Shown piece by piece: positions 9,192-18,136 of a stretch of DNA of 64,000 nt; position 1 is the stretch's first letter; every line of letters starts with the position of its first letter. The position numbers and the translations under genes are program-made. The notes under the pieces are model-generated. The model made no database searches. It was not told the DNA's origin and saw only the letters and a list, made by a program, of their open reading frames with translations. This DNA is from Anaerolineales bacterium (GTDB lineage Bacteria; Chloroflexota; Anaerolineae; Anaerolineales; UBA4823), in assembly GCA_027494035.1 (NCBI GenBank), contig JAOSJQ010000001.1, positions 133,693 to 197,692 on the forward strand. Reading direction: 5' to 3'.

Positions 9192-11719
9192 ATGCACACC
9201 CCAACCTCCGATTACGCTCCGGATCTTGAGTGGATGCTGCAGAGCGGGCAGGTCTCACAAGAGACGCTGCTCGAAGCTCTGATCAGCGAGTATTATCCGG
9301 GCGTATTCCGTCTGGCTTTTGCCACCCTGGACAACCGGCGCGCCGCCCGCAAAACTGCTAATGGGGTCTTCGCCCGCGCATTGCTCGAGTTGCACCGCTA
9401 CCGCCCCCAGCAGAGCATCGAGCTGTGGCTGTATCGCCTGGCGCTGGAGGAGTGCGTCAACGCGCACGATTCGTTAGAGCGGCTTAGAAAGCTCGTTTCT
9501 ACCATTCCATGCTTGACCAATTTCAGTCTGCTGGGAGACACACTCCCCGAGAACGCGGTAGATGCGGAAATTTGGCTGGCTGTGGATGGGTTGGAAACCA
9601 GTTTGCGGCAGGTTCTGATATTGGGATTGCTCATGGACTGGCAGCCCGCTACGATCGAAGCGTTGACTGGCAACAACGCGGAAGCTGTGTCCGACGCGAT
9701 CCATGAGATTCAGAAAACCCTGCAAGTTGAAATGAGCTCAGCTCAACCCATCGAGGGCGCGAACAACCGCCCATTTCAGATGAGTTTGCCGCAACCCTGA
9801 AAGCCTCACTCGAAAGGCGCTGGCTGCCGGTTAGTCTCAATCAACCAGACCAGGGAAGGATTCTGGCGCAGATCAACCGCCGGACGCGGGCAATGCAAAC
9901 CCGCCGCCGGGGCGTGTTTTCCGCGCTGGAAATCGGCTTGGTTGTGCTGATCATCCTGGTTGGGGCGGGGATCGCCTGGGGGATGAATGTCTTGGGCGAA
10001 ACCCAGGCAACCCCTAAACCCGCGAACGTGACGCTGGAAACGGTATTGGTCACGAAAATCGTCCATAAAAATATCACCGTCGTACCAAGACATCATCCAA
10101 TCGGTCCAATATCCACGGGACAACCGCACCAGCCTTTATTCCGTCAATACACCATTAAGCGGACGGGAGAACGCCTCGAAGATCTCGCAAATAGGCTAGA
10201 CATCCCACCAGACTCTCTTCGGGAGCTTAACCGCCTGCCGGATGACGTTATCCTTGAAGCCGGTCAGCGCCTGCTATTGCCCGGTCATTGGGCGTCTGTG
10301 AACAGCCCTCCTCCGACTCCAGGTCCGCAAAAAGCTCCCGCCCTGCCTCTGGAGGATCCTTATCCCGTCGATTTAGTCCACCAGCGCCTGTCACTGGAAG
10401 AACGCAGATACAACACACTGTGGATTGACGCCAGGGCCATCGATTACGGCCCGTTGAGCTATATCGGTCCGCCAGGCGTCTTCCAGGGGCAGGTATGGGA
10501 GAGCCAAGAACAATCGCTGGATTTGATTGGCTATGCGGGTCAACTCCCTCAAGCGGTGGAGCTTCGGATAGGAAATTCCTGGCAATTTACCCGCCCCCAA
10601 GCCAATCCTGCCTGGTTTTCGGAATGGGGCGATACTCCAGAAACCAACAGCCCTTCCTTCAGAATCCTGCTGCGCATGAAACAAACGCTTTTCGATAGGT
10701 ATTCTCTGGAGGACAGCCGCATAAGCGTATCGGGGCGCGAAGAACAGGCTGGCGTCCAGGCGCTTGTCCTGGAGGTCTTCAACGAAGAGGGCTTGCAGAC
10801 CGATCGCATCTGGTATGACGACAGCCGCGGGATGATCCTGCGAAGGATCATCTTTCACCCAGGAGAAGAGCTGAGACCGATTTTCGAAGTTCAGGTCGCA
10901 TCAGTCGCTTATGATTTCGAACTGCCGCCAGGTCTCTTTGACGCGCGCCTGCCCTGGCGGGGCGGATTTGCCAGCGACTCATCCGGCGCCCCGGCAGATA
11001 TTCAGGAGCAGCCCCCACGCCTCGATTCGAAGCACGTGCGATTTAATGCTGAGCCGGCGCCGCTAAATTTCGATCGGGCTCAAAGCCGGTTGTTGTTTCA
11101 ATTTCCGCCTTTCTATTCGCCGGATTCGCCGCCCACAATCATCGAATTGCTCGCGGACGGTTATTCGCTGAGACCGGTTCTGTTCGGCAATCCCTGGCAG
11201 ACGCTTTGCCAGCGTTCTCCAGATGGGAATTGGCTGGCTTACGTGAGCATACCTGCTGAAGAAAATGCCGCCCGAGAGCCTTTAATTTACTTCAACCTTG
11301 CCGATCCAGCCCAATCTTACACCTCGCCAAATTCTGAGCAGGGAGTGACTGATTTCGCTTTTTCCCCCGACAGCCGGCGCCTCGCCTATTTCATCCGCCC
11401 TGGCGCGCACGGGAACGGCACGTTAAGCATTATCGATCTCGCAACCCACCAGAACAAACCCGTTCTATCCATTGGCGATGTAAAAAGCCTGGTCTGGAGC
11501 CCAGACGGCGAGAGGCTGGCAATGATCTCGCGCGCGTCACCTGACACGTATCTCGAAAACGTCACGATCTTCGATGTAGAAACCGAGCAGATCACGTATA
11601 ATGCGCCTCTCGACCTGCTTTCTCATTCCGCCGGGGATTGGCTTGTGCTCGACTGGGGGGTAGAATTCCCAGTTGAGATGGGCAACCTGGATGCCTGTTC
11701 AAAACCGCCCCTTTCGTGA
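9192..11719 (+). pseudogene. membrane-tethered ECF-like sigma factor fused to a LysM/PD40 extracytoplasmic sensor region (paralog 1; frame broken between 9729 and 9797)
   Basis: ORF 9192-9800 has sigma-70 region 2-like (ELWLYRLALEECVNA) and region 4 HTH-like (LRQVLILGLLMDWQPATIEALTG) segments. The frame of ORF 9893-11719 is open back to 9729. There it encodes ..ATLKASLERRW.., which matches ..IEASLRRRF.. in the intact downstream paralog. Then come a TM helix (ALEIGLVVLIILVGAGIAW), a LysM domain (YTIKRTGERLEDLANRLDIP...LLLPG) and C-terminal SPDG repeats. Confidence 0.7.
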
Positions 11720-13917
11720 GCAGTGGGTATATGTCTGACAAACCTCGCCAAAGCGTAGACCCAGATAACTCAGAGGCCATGCCCGAAACGCAGTTCCTTG
11801 CCGCGGCGGAACTGCTGTTGCGCGAGCACGCTTCAGAGCTGTTCACAATCGGCTACGCCATCATCGATAATCGAAATCTAGCCCTGCAGGCTCTCCAGTC
11901 CACAATTGAAAGGACAATCCAACGCGCACTTCAAACGCGCGCAGCGCCCAGCCTGCCGTGGATTTACCAGCGGATCATCAAGGACAGCCGCCCTCTGAAA
12001 CGCCTGGCGCCCATAAACGAGTTGAAACCATCCAATGAGGTGGATTCGAGATTGTGGCGGTCTCTGGTTTCCTACGACGAACGCGAACGGCTGCTTTGTG
12101 CAACCTTTTACGCGCTTGGTTGGAGCGCTGAGGATTGCGCGCGTTTGCTTAAGGTGAACGCCAGCGCGGTCCGAACCCAACTCTCGATCTTCGAACGGCA
12201 ATTCAGAACCGCGTTCGGAGATTTACCGGCAGACCGGGAAGGGATCGAAGCTTCGCTGCGGAGAAGGTTCGAAACCGCCAACCTGACTGCGGCTGAGGTG
12301 AGCGAATGGATTGACCGGGCGCGTCAGGCAGCGCCTCAAACCGCAGCAGCCCGGACCGAGCGGATTAGCCTGCCCATTTTATTTGCGATTTTAAGCGTGC
12401 TGCTGGTGATCCTTTGCCTGTCGAGTTCACTCCTGTTGTTTGGCGCGGATCTGCTGAGGCGTTTTCAAGCTGCACCGGCAGCAACCCGCCCTGCTCCGCT
12501 TGTGCAAATCCGCCGGGCTGTGCCCTTGTTCTGGTTCTCCAAACCGGAGGAAATCTCGCTGCGGCTGCATGAAAGCGACCAGTTATGGCGCACGCTGTGG
12601 ATCGACGTGCAGACCAGCAACTACGGTCCGGCGGGTTATTTCGGCGCCCCGCGCATTTATCGCTCTCAAGCCTGGATCTCGCTCCCGGACCAATCCATCG
12701 AACTCTTCGGCTTACATTCACAGCCGCCCAGCAGCGTGCACACCTTTTCCGAAGACCGCATCACGTATTCCAACCCGTTCCTCAACCTCACACTCGCCAG
12801 CGAAGACAGCCCTTCGCCCTCCACATTGATACGCAACGAAAACCTGCGTCAAATGGTTTTCCCGGGCGAATCCCCCTGGATGTTGCGCAAGGGCGCCTTC
12901 CGCGCGTATGACACCAGCCAAATTCTCAACATCAGTACGCTGATCGTGGATTGGTTCAACGAATTCGGTCAGCGCGAAGCGCGCCTGTGGATCGACAGCC
13001 GGACAGGGTTGATCCTGCGCAGCCAGATTTTCGGCGGCGCGGATTTTTCTCTGCTCATCAGCGACAGCATCGTCATCGAAATACAATATGACCAAAATTT
13101 TCCGCCGGCGCATTTATCCACCGAGATGCGCAATGTCGGCGCCTCACCGCCCAACAACCCCGCGGCAAGCAATCGAGTTATAGAACCCACCCCGACCCCG
13201 GTGCTGACAGCCAGCATAAGACAGGCGCCTCGAACCGAACCCGCCCCTCCGGGTTTCGATCCAGCTTCCAGCCAGCTTGTGTTTCAATTCCCAAACAACC
13301 TGGATGCGACCAACATTCAAGCTGACACAGCCCGCGTTCCAGCGGTGATCATTGCCGATGGGTATCGGCTGGCTGAAACGACATTTGGCTTGCCCTGGAT
13401 GCTGCGCTGCGAGCGCTCTCCGAACCGCTACCTGCTGGCTTTTAACACCGGCTCCGATGGCACATCCATTCCGGACGCAAACCTGCGCTGGTTGGACTTG
13501 CGCGACCCATCCAGGATCTATGTGCCCGTCCCAGGGTTGAATGTACAGTCTTTCGCCTTTGCTTCCGACAGCCGCAGGGTTGCCGCCTTTGTGACAACCA
13601 GCGATGAAAACACAACCGGAATTTACTTGATCGATCTCATCCTGGGTGAATACCAACTGGTTATACCACTGGCTGAGGCGGGCAGCCTGGTCTGGAGCCC
13701 GGACGGCGAATCGCTGGCGCTCGTGGGAACAGTTGAGCGCGGGGACCCGCTGGAAACGCTCGTCGTCCATGTGCGAACCGGTCAAATCTCCTTCCGAGCG
13801 GGCAGCGTCGGCATGTCTGAGCCGCTGCCGCAGGATTGGCTCATCGCCAATTGGGGCGTCAAGTTTCCGCGCCAGATGGGCGGTCTGGAAGAGTGCGCCG
13901 GTTTGTCCACGCCATAA
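11716..13917 (+). CDS. membrane-tethered ECF-like sigma factor fused to a PD40-repeat extracytoplasmic sensor region (paralog 2, intact)
   Basis: Region 2-like LPWIYQRII and region 4 HTH ERERLLCATFYALGWSAEDCARLLKVNASAVRTQL. TM helix ISLPILFAILSVLLVILCLSSSLLLF. The middle and C-terminal parts are colinear with paralog 1 (WIDVQTSNYGPAGYFG vs WIDARAIDYGPLSYIG; NWGVKFPRQMGGLEEC vs DWGVEFPVEMGNLDAC). The GTG start overlaps the upstream stop (GTGA); an ATG at 11731 is an alternative. Confidence 0.75.
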   Translation: MSSGYMSDKPRQSVDPDNSEAMPETQFLAAAELLLREHASELFTIGYAIIDNRNLALQALQSTIERTIQRALQTRAAPSLPWIYQRIIKDSRPLKRLAPINELKPSNEVDSRLWRSLVSYDERERLLCATFYALGWSAEDCARLLKVNASAVRTQLSIFERQFRTAFGDLPADREGIEASLRRRFETANLTAAEVSEWIDRARQAAPQTAAARTERISLPILFAILSVLLVILCLSSSLLLFGADLLRRFQAAPAATRPAPLVQIRRAVPLFWFSKPEEISLRLHESDQLWRTLWIDVQTSNYGPAGYFGAPRIYRSQAWISLPDQSIELFGLHSQPPSSVHTFSEDRITYSNPFLNLTLASEDSPSPSTLIRNENLRQMVFPGESPWMLRKGAFRAYDTSQILNISTLIVDWFNEFGQREARLWIDSRTGLILRSQIFGGADFSLLISDSIVIEIQYDQNFPPAHLSTEMRNVGASPPNNPAASNRVIEPTPTPVLTASIRQAPRTEPAPPGFDPASSQLVFQFPNNLDATNIQADTARVPAVIIADGYRLAETTFGLPWMLRCERSPNRYLLAFNTGSDGTSIPDANLRWLDLRDPSRIYVPVPGLNVQSFAFASDSRRVAAFVTTSDENTTGIYLIDLILGEYQLVIPLAEAGSLVWSPDGESLALVGTVERGDPLETLVVHVRTGQISFRAGSVGMSEPLPQDWLIANWGVKFPRQMGGLEECAGLSTP

Positions 13918-13981
13918 AAACCCTCGCCTCCTATTTGAAGCTATTTTTATATACACGCTTAATACGGGGACTGCAAAAGGA

Positions 13982-13990
13982 TGGTAAAAT
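13982..13990 (+). promoter_or_regulatory. putative extended -10 promoter (TGgTAAAAT) of the 2-oxoacid dehydrogenase operon
   Basis: TGGTAAAAT lies ~95 nt upstream of the ATG at 14084. Confidence 0.4.
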
Positions 13991-14083
13991 CTTAAGGTTT
14001 ACCAGAAGGGAATAAAGTACCAGATGCCGGCGTCTGGTTCTGCCAGACGCGCTCTGTGCCACCAAAATTATCGAGGCTGAAAC

Positions 14084-15043
14084 ATGAAAAAAGAAGAATA
14101 TTTAGATCTATACTACCAGATGGTGTTGATCCGGCGCGTCGAAGAAGCAGCAATTCCGCTCTATCAGGAAGGAAAGATTGGCGGGTTCCTGCACCTTTAC
14201 ATCGGGCAGGAAGCGGTCAGCACCGGGCTGATCTCAGCGCGTCTGCCGCAAGACCGGGTGATCACCGCCTACCGCGACCACGGAGTGGCAATCAATTGCG
14301 GCGTCTCGGCGGATTTGGTAATGGCTGAGCTGCTCGGCAAGGCGACCGGAATTTCGAAAGGCAAAGGCGGTTCGATGCACATGGCTGATGTCGAAAAGAA
14401 CTTCTGGGGCGGTCACGCAATCGTCGGGGCGCACCTGCCGATTGCCGCCGGATTGGCGCTGGGCGACCAATATCAGGAGACGGATGGCGTGACCATCTGT
14501 ATGTTTGGCGATGGCGCAACGAACATTGGCTATTTTCACGAAGCGCTGAACCTCTCGAAGGTCTGGAACCTCCCGGTCCTCTGGGTCTGCGAAAACAACC
14601 AGTATGGTATGGGCACCGCGGTTGACCGGGCTTCTGCGGTTTCGGACATCCGTCAGAAAGCCGAGGGCTATTGCATCCCAAACGAGGTCGTGGATGGCAT
14701 GAACATTATGAAAGTCCGCCAGGCTGCCGAACGCATTCTCGCGGAAATCCGCGCCGGAAAAGGGCCGTACTTCTTGGAAATCGAAACTTATCGTTTCCAG
14801 GGTCACTCAATGGGCGACCCCGAACGTTACCGCAAGCAGGATGAAGTAAAACAGTGGGAAGAAAACGACCCAATCGGGATTTTCCGCCATTATCTGACGT
14901 CAGAAAAGATCGCCAGCGCGGCAGAACTGGATCAACTTGATCAAAAAGCAGCCGATGAAGTTAAGGCAGCCATCCAGTTTGCCGAGAACAGCCCTGAACC
15001 TGCACCCGAAGAGCTGTTCACGAACATCTATGTCGACAATTGA
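14084..15043 (+). CDS. pdhA: pyruvate/2-oxoacid dehydrogenase E1 alpha subunit (TPP-dependent)
   Basis: YRDHG...GKGGSMH motif, GDGA...N TPP-binding region, 319 aa. First gene of an E1a-E1b-E2 set. Confidence 0.85.
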   Translation: MKKEEYLDLYYQMVLIRRVEEAAIPLYQEGKIGGFLHLYIGQEAVSTGLISARLPQDRVITAYRDHGVAINCGVSADLVMAELLGKATGISKGKGGSMHMADVEKNFWGGHAIVGAHLPIAAGLALGDQYQETDGVTICMFGDGATNIGYFHEALNLSKVWNLPVLWVCENNQYGMGTAVDRASAVSDIRQKAEGYCIPNEVVDGMNIMKVRQAAERILAEIRAGKGPYFLEIETYRFQGHSMGDPERYRKQDEVKQWEENDPIGIFRHYLTSEKIASAAELDQLDQKAADEVKAAIQFAENSPEPAPEELFTNIYVDN

Positions 15044-15128
15044 AATCTCGCTTGATTTCGCTGAAATTCATTTGAACAACCGAACTTATCGAACATACTG
15101 AGAATATTGAATTCATAAGGAAGAAAAC

Positions 15129-16100
15129 ATGACCCGAATAACAATGCGCGAAGCGATCTCCCAGGCAATGTGGGAGGAGATGGAGCGCGATCCCGATGTC
15201 TTTATCCTGGGCGAGGAAGTTGGTGTTTGGGGCGGCTCTTATGCCGTTACCAAGGGCTTTTATGACCATTTTGGCGAAAAGCGCGTGCGCGATACCCCGA
15301 TTTCAGAATCGACCATTGTAGGCGCCGCGATCGGCTCCGCGCTCACCGGTCTGCGCCCGATCGCCGAAATCATGACGATCAACTTCGCCTTTTCTGCCAT
15401 GGATCACATCGTCAATCAGGCTGCCAAACTGCACTACATGTTTGGGGGCCAACTGATACTCCCGCTGGTCATTCGAACGGTTGGCGGCGGAGGCCGGCAG
15501 CTTGGCGCGACCCACTCCCAAACCCCCGATGCTATCTTTGCCCATTTTCCCGGTCTCAAAGTGGTCGCGCCTGGAACGCCGGAAGACGCCAAAGGCTTGC
15601 TAAAATCAGCCATCCGTTCCAACGATCCGATCTTTTTCATCGAACATGCCACCCTGTATCAGACCCGCGCCGAGGTGCCTGACGGAGATTACACCACCCC
15701 GATCGGAAAATCTAAAGTCCATCGTGAAGGCCGGGACGTCACCATTGTGACTTACAGCAAAATGCTCGAAACCTCGAGCAAAGCCGCCGAACAACTCTCC
15801 GGGATGGGCATCGAAGCCGAGATCATCGATTTGCGAACGCTGCGACCGCTCGACATGGAGCCGGTGCTGGAATCTTTTCGTAAAACCAATCGCGCCGTGA
15901 TTGTTGAGGAAGGGTGGCGCTCTTACGGGGTTGGGGCTGAGGTGACGGCGCGCATCTACGAAGAGGCTTTCGATTACGTGGACGCGCCCATTCAACGCGT
16001 AGCCCAAAAAGAAGTCCCGCTTCCCTACAATCGAACCCTGGAACAGCTCGCGCTGCCCCAGGTGGAGGATGTCGTCCAGGCGGTTAAGGAGGTGCTTTGA
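15129..16100 (+). CDS. pdhB: pyruvate/2-oxoacid dehydrogenase E1 beta subunit
   Basis: Transketolase-like pyrimidine-binding and C-terminal domains (VRDTPISE, TIVTYS, IIDLRTLRPLD). 323 aa. Confidence 0.88.
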   Translation: MTRITMREAISQAMWEEMERDPDVFILGEEVGVWGGSYAVTKGFYDHFGEKRVRDTPISESTIVGAAIGSALTGLRPIAEIMTINFAFSAMDHIVNQAAKLHYMFGGQLILPLVIRTVGGGGRQLGATHSQTPDAIFAHFPGLKVVAPGTPEDAKGLLKSAIRSNDPIFFIEHATLYQTRAEVPDGDYTTPIGKSKVHREGRDVTIVTYSKMLETSSKAAEQLSGMGIEAEIIDLRTLRPLDMEPVLESFRKTNRAVIVEEGWRSYGVGAEVTARIYEEAFDYVDAPIQRVAQKEVPLPYNRTLEQLALPQVEDVVQAVKEVL

Positions 16101-17431
16101 TGGCGGAAATCGTCAAGATGCCCAAGCTGGGCTTTGATATGGCGGAAGGCACATTGATCAAATGGGTGGTCCAGGAGGGCGAGAAAGTCGAGAAGGGGAG
16201 CGTCCTGGCGGAAATCGAAACCGACAAAGCCACAGTCGAGGTGGAATCAAACTATGAAGGCGTGGTTGCCCGCCACCTGGTGGAAGCCGGCGCAATTGTA
16301 CCGGTCAACTCACCGATCGCGATCATTGCCGCGCCGGGCGAGGATGTGAAAAAAGCCTCTGAATCGCCTGAAGCGCAGGCAATCACCCTTCCAGAAACCG
16401 AACCTGCAAGCGAAGAGAAAGCCGCGGAGACCGCTCCAGCGCCCGCCCCAGCCGCTGAGGCGGAAACGTCCGAAGACGCCAGGCTTCCGGAGGGCGTCCG
16501 CGCCTCGCCAATCGCCCGGCGCATGGCGTCTGACGCCAGGGTCAACCTCAGCCAAGTCGCCGGTTCAGGACCGAGCGGTCGAATTGTCAAGAAAGACATT
16601 ATGGCTTACTTACAGGCGCCCGCGCTGGCAAAGGCGGCTGCGTCAGCGCCAGCCAGAGGGGAACCAGCCCCTCAGCTTGCCGAGAAAGCTGTAAAGCCTC
16701 TGACGCCTCTAGCGCCGCTGCCTACACTCTCTGGCGCAGAAACCCCTGCCGACGAGATCGTTCCACTCAACCGGCTGCGCCTGGCGATCGGGCGGCGGAT
16801 GGTCGAAGCGAAGCAGCAGGCGCCCCACTTTTACATCACGCACGAATATGACGTGGATGCCCTGATGGCGCTGCGCCAACAAGCCAATTCGATGCTCCAA
16901 GAGGATGAGAAGATTTCGGTCAATGATTTCATTGTCAAGGGCGTGGCGCTTGCCTTGCGTCAATTTCCCAACCTGAACGCCTCGAAAAACGACGACCAGG
17001 TCATCCGGCACGGCGCGGTCAACATCGGCGTCGCGGTCGCAGTCGAGGGCGGCTTGCTGACGGTCGTTTGCCGCGATGCGGATCATAAACCGCTGCGCCA
17101 GATCGCAGTCGAGGTGCGCACGCTGGCTTCCCGGGCGCGCGAGGGCAAGGTCCGTCCTGAAGACATCGAAGGTTCTACCTTCTCGATCAGCAACCTGGGA
17201 ATGTTCGACGTAGAGAATTTCAGCGCGATTATCAACCCGCCCGAAGCCGCAATCCTGGCGGTTGGCTCAGCGCGCCAGGTACCAGTCGTAAAACACGAAA
17301 GCCTTACGATTGGCTGGAGGATGAAAGCAACCATCTCGGTCGATCACCGCGTCAGCGACGGAGCAGAGGCAGCCCGCTTTATGCAGGCTCTGGCTGATTA
17401 TTTAGAGGAGCCGTTGAAGCTCCTGTTGTAA
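16100..17431 (+). CDS. pdhC: dihydrolipoamide acyltransferase E2
   Basis: Lipoyl domain (EIETDKATVEVES), Ala/Pro linker, E3-binding domain (ASPIARRMA) and catalytic DHRVSDGAEAARF. The ATG overlaps the pdhB stop (TGATG). The track start at 16097 is a TTG. Confidence 0.88.
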   Translation: MAEIVKMPKLGFDMAEGTLIKWVVQEGEKVEKGSVLAEIETDKATVEVESNYEGVVARHLVEAGAIVPVNSPIAIIAAPGEDVKKASESPEAQAITLPETEPASEEKAAETAPAPAPAAEAETSEDARLPEGVRASPIARRMASDARVNLSQVAGSGPSGRIVKKDIMAYLQAPALAKAAASAPARGEPAPQLAEKAVKPLTPLAPLPTLSGAETPADEIVPLNRLRLAIGRRMVEAKQQAPHFYITHEYDVDALMALRQQANSMLQEDEKISVNDFIVKGVALALRQFPNLNASKNDDQVIRHGAVNIGVAVAVEGGLLTVVCRDADHKPLRQIAVEVRTLASRAREGKVRPEDIEGSTFSISNLGMFDVENFSAIINPPEAAILAVGSARQVPVVKHESLTIGWRMKATISVDHRVSDGAEAARFMQALADYLEEPLKLLL

Positions 17432-17494
17432 CCCACAGCCAGAGTCGGCTGTCGAAAAAAATCAAATCAGGCATAGCTGGTTCTGGGAATAGCA

Positions 17495-17520
17495 GGGGCG
17501 CATTCAATTGCGCCCCTTTA
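17495..17520 (+). terminator. hairpin after the E2 gene (GGGGCGCA-6 nt-TGCGCCCC, then TTTA)
   Basis: 8 bp GC-rich stem with a short U tract, 64 nt after the stop codon. Confidence 0.45.
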
Positions 17521-17542
17521 CTCATGGAAAACGGAGTGAACA

Positions 17543-18124
17543 ATGAGCGACGCGGAATATGAACTGCGGTTCATGAAGGCAGGCATCGAGCAGCTCGAAA
17601 GTTATCTGCTCTCGCGGGATGTTTTTCGCCCCATCGGGATTCCAAACAAAGCCAGTGAACCCCCATACCCTCAACTGACCCTCGGGTGGCTGTTGCTTTT
17701 CCAGTTGAGAGCTCGCGCAGTCAGCCAAACGAGCAAACAGCAATCCGAACTTAAGCGGTTGGAGGCGGAAATGGAGGTGGTTCGCTCGAAATGGCGCACC
17801 GCCTGGAGCAACAAAGCCGCCGCAGAATTCAGATCCCGGCTGAACCTGTGGACCAACTTCCTGAACGATTTTGAAACCGACCCTACAGACAACCTCGATC
17901 GCTTTCCGTATGAAGTCACACGGCGGGTACAGCTCGATCTGCTCATGGAGGAAATATTCGAGTTGCCCAAGGCGGATCGAGACGCGCTAAACGGCTTGGA
18001 CGTACTCCTGAATGCCATCTTCATCCCCGGTGATTTCGTTTGGGAACCGATCTTCAAACCCAGTTTCCCCAAAGCGCGTTTTTGGTATCTATACGGCTCG
18101 CTGCGGGTCGATCAAGGAGCCTGA
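17543..18124 (+). CDS. hypothetical protein (193 aa)
   Basis: GGAG-like SD (ACGGAGTGA) before the ATG. I recognise no motif. It lies 13 nt upstream of the MFS gene. Confidence 0.55.
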   Translation: MSDAEYELRFMKAGIEQLESYLLSRDVFRPIGIPNKASEPPYPQLTLGWLLLFQLRARAVSQTSKQQSELKRLEAEMEVVRSKWRTAWSNKAAAEFRSRLNLWTNFLNDFETDPTDNLDRFPYEVTRRVQLDLLMEEIFELPKADRDALNGLDVLLNAIFIPGDFVWEPIFKPSFPKARFWYLYGSLRVDQGA

Positions 18125-18136
18125 ACTCGAAGAAAA

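Noticed and set aside
13144-13956. 270 aa ORF antisense to the 3' part of sigma-sensor paralog 2. Similar long antisense or off-frame ORFs occur at 23544-24404, 24916-25629, 29660-30343, 56338-57096 and 58218-59135.
   Set aside because: Each lies entirely inside a gene with strong motif support on the other strand. Their translations are Arg/Pro/Gly/Ala-rich low-complexity sequence typical of non-coding frames in GC-rich DNA. None has a recognisable motif or SD.
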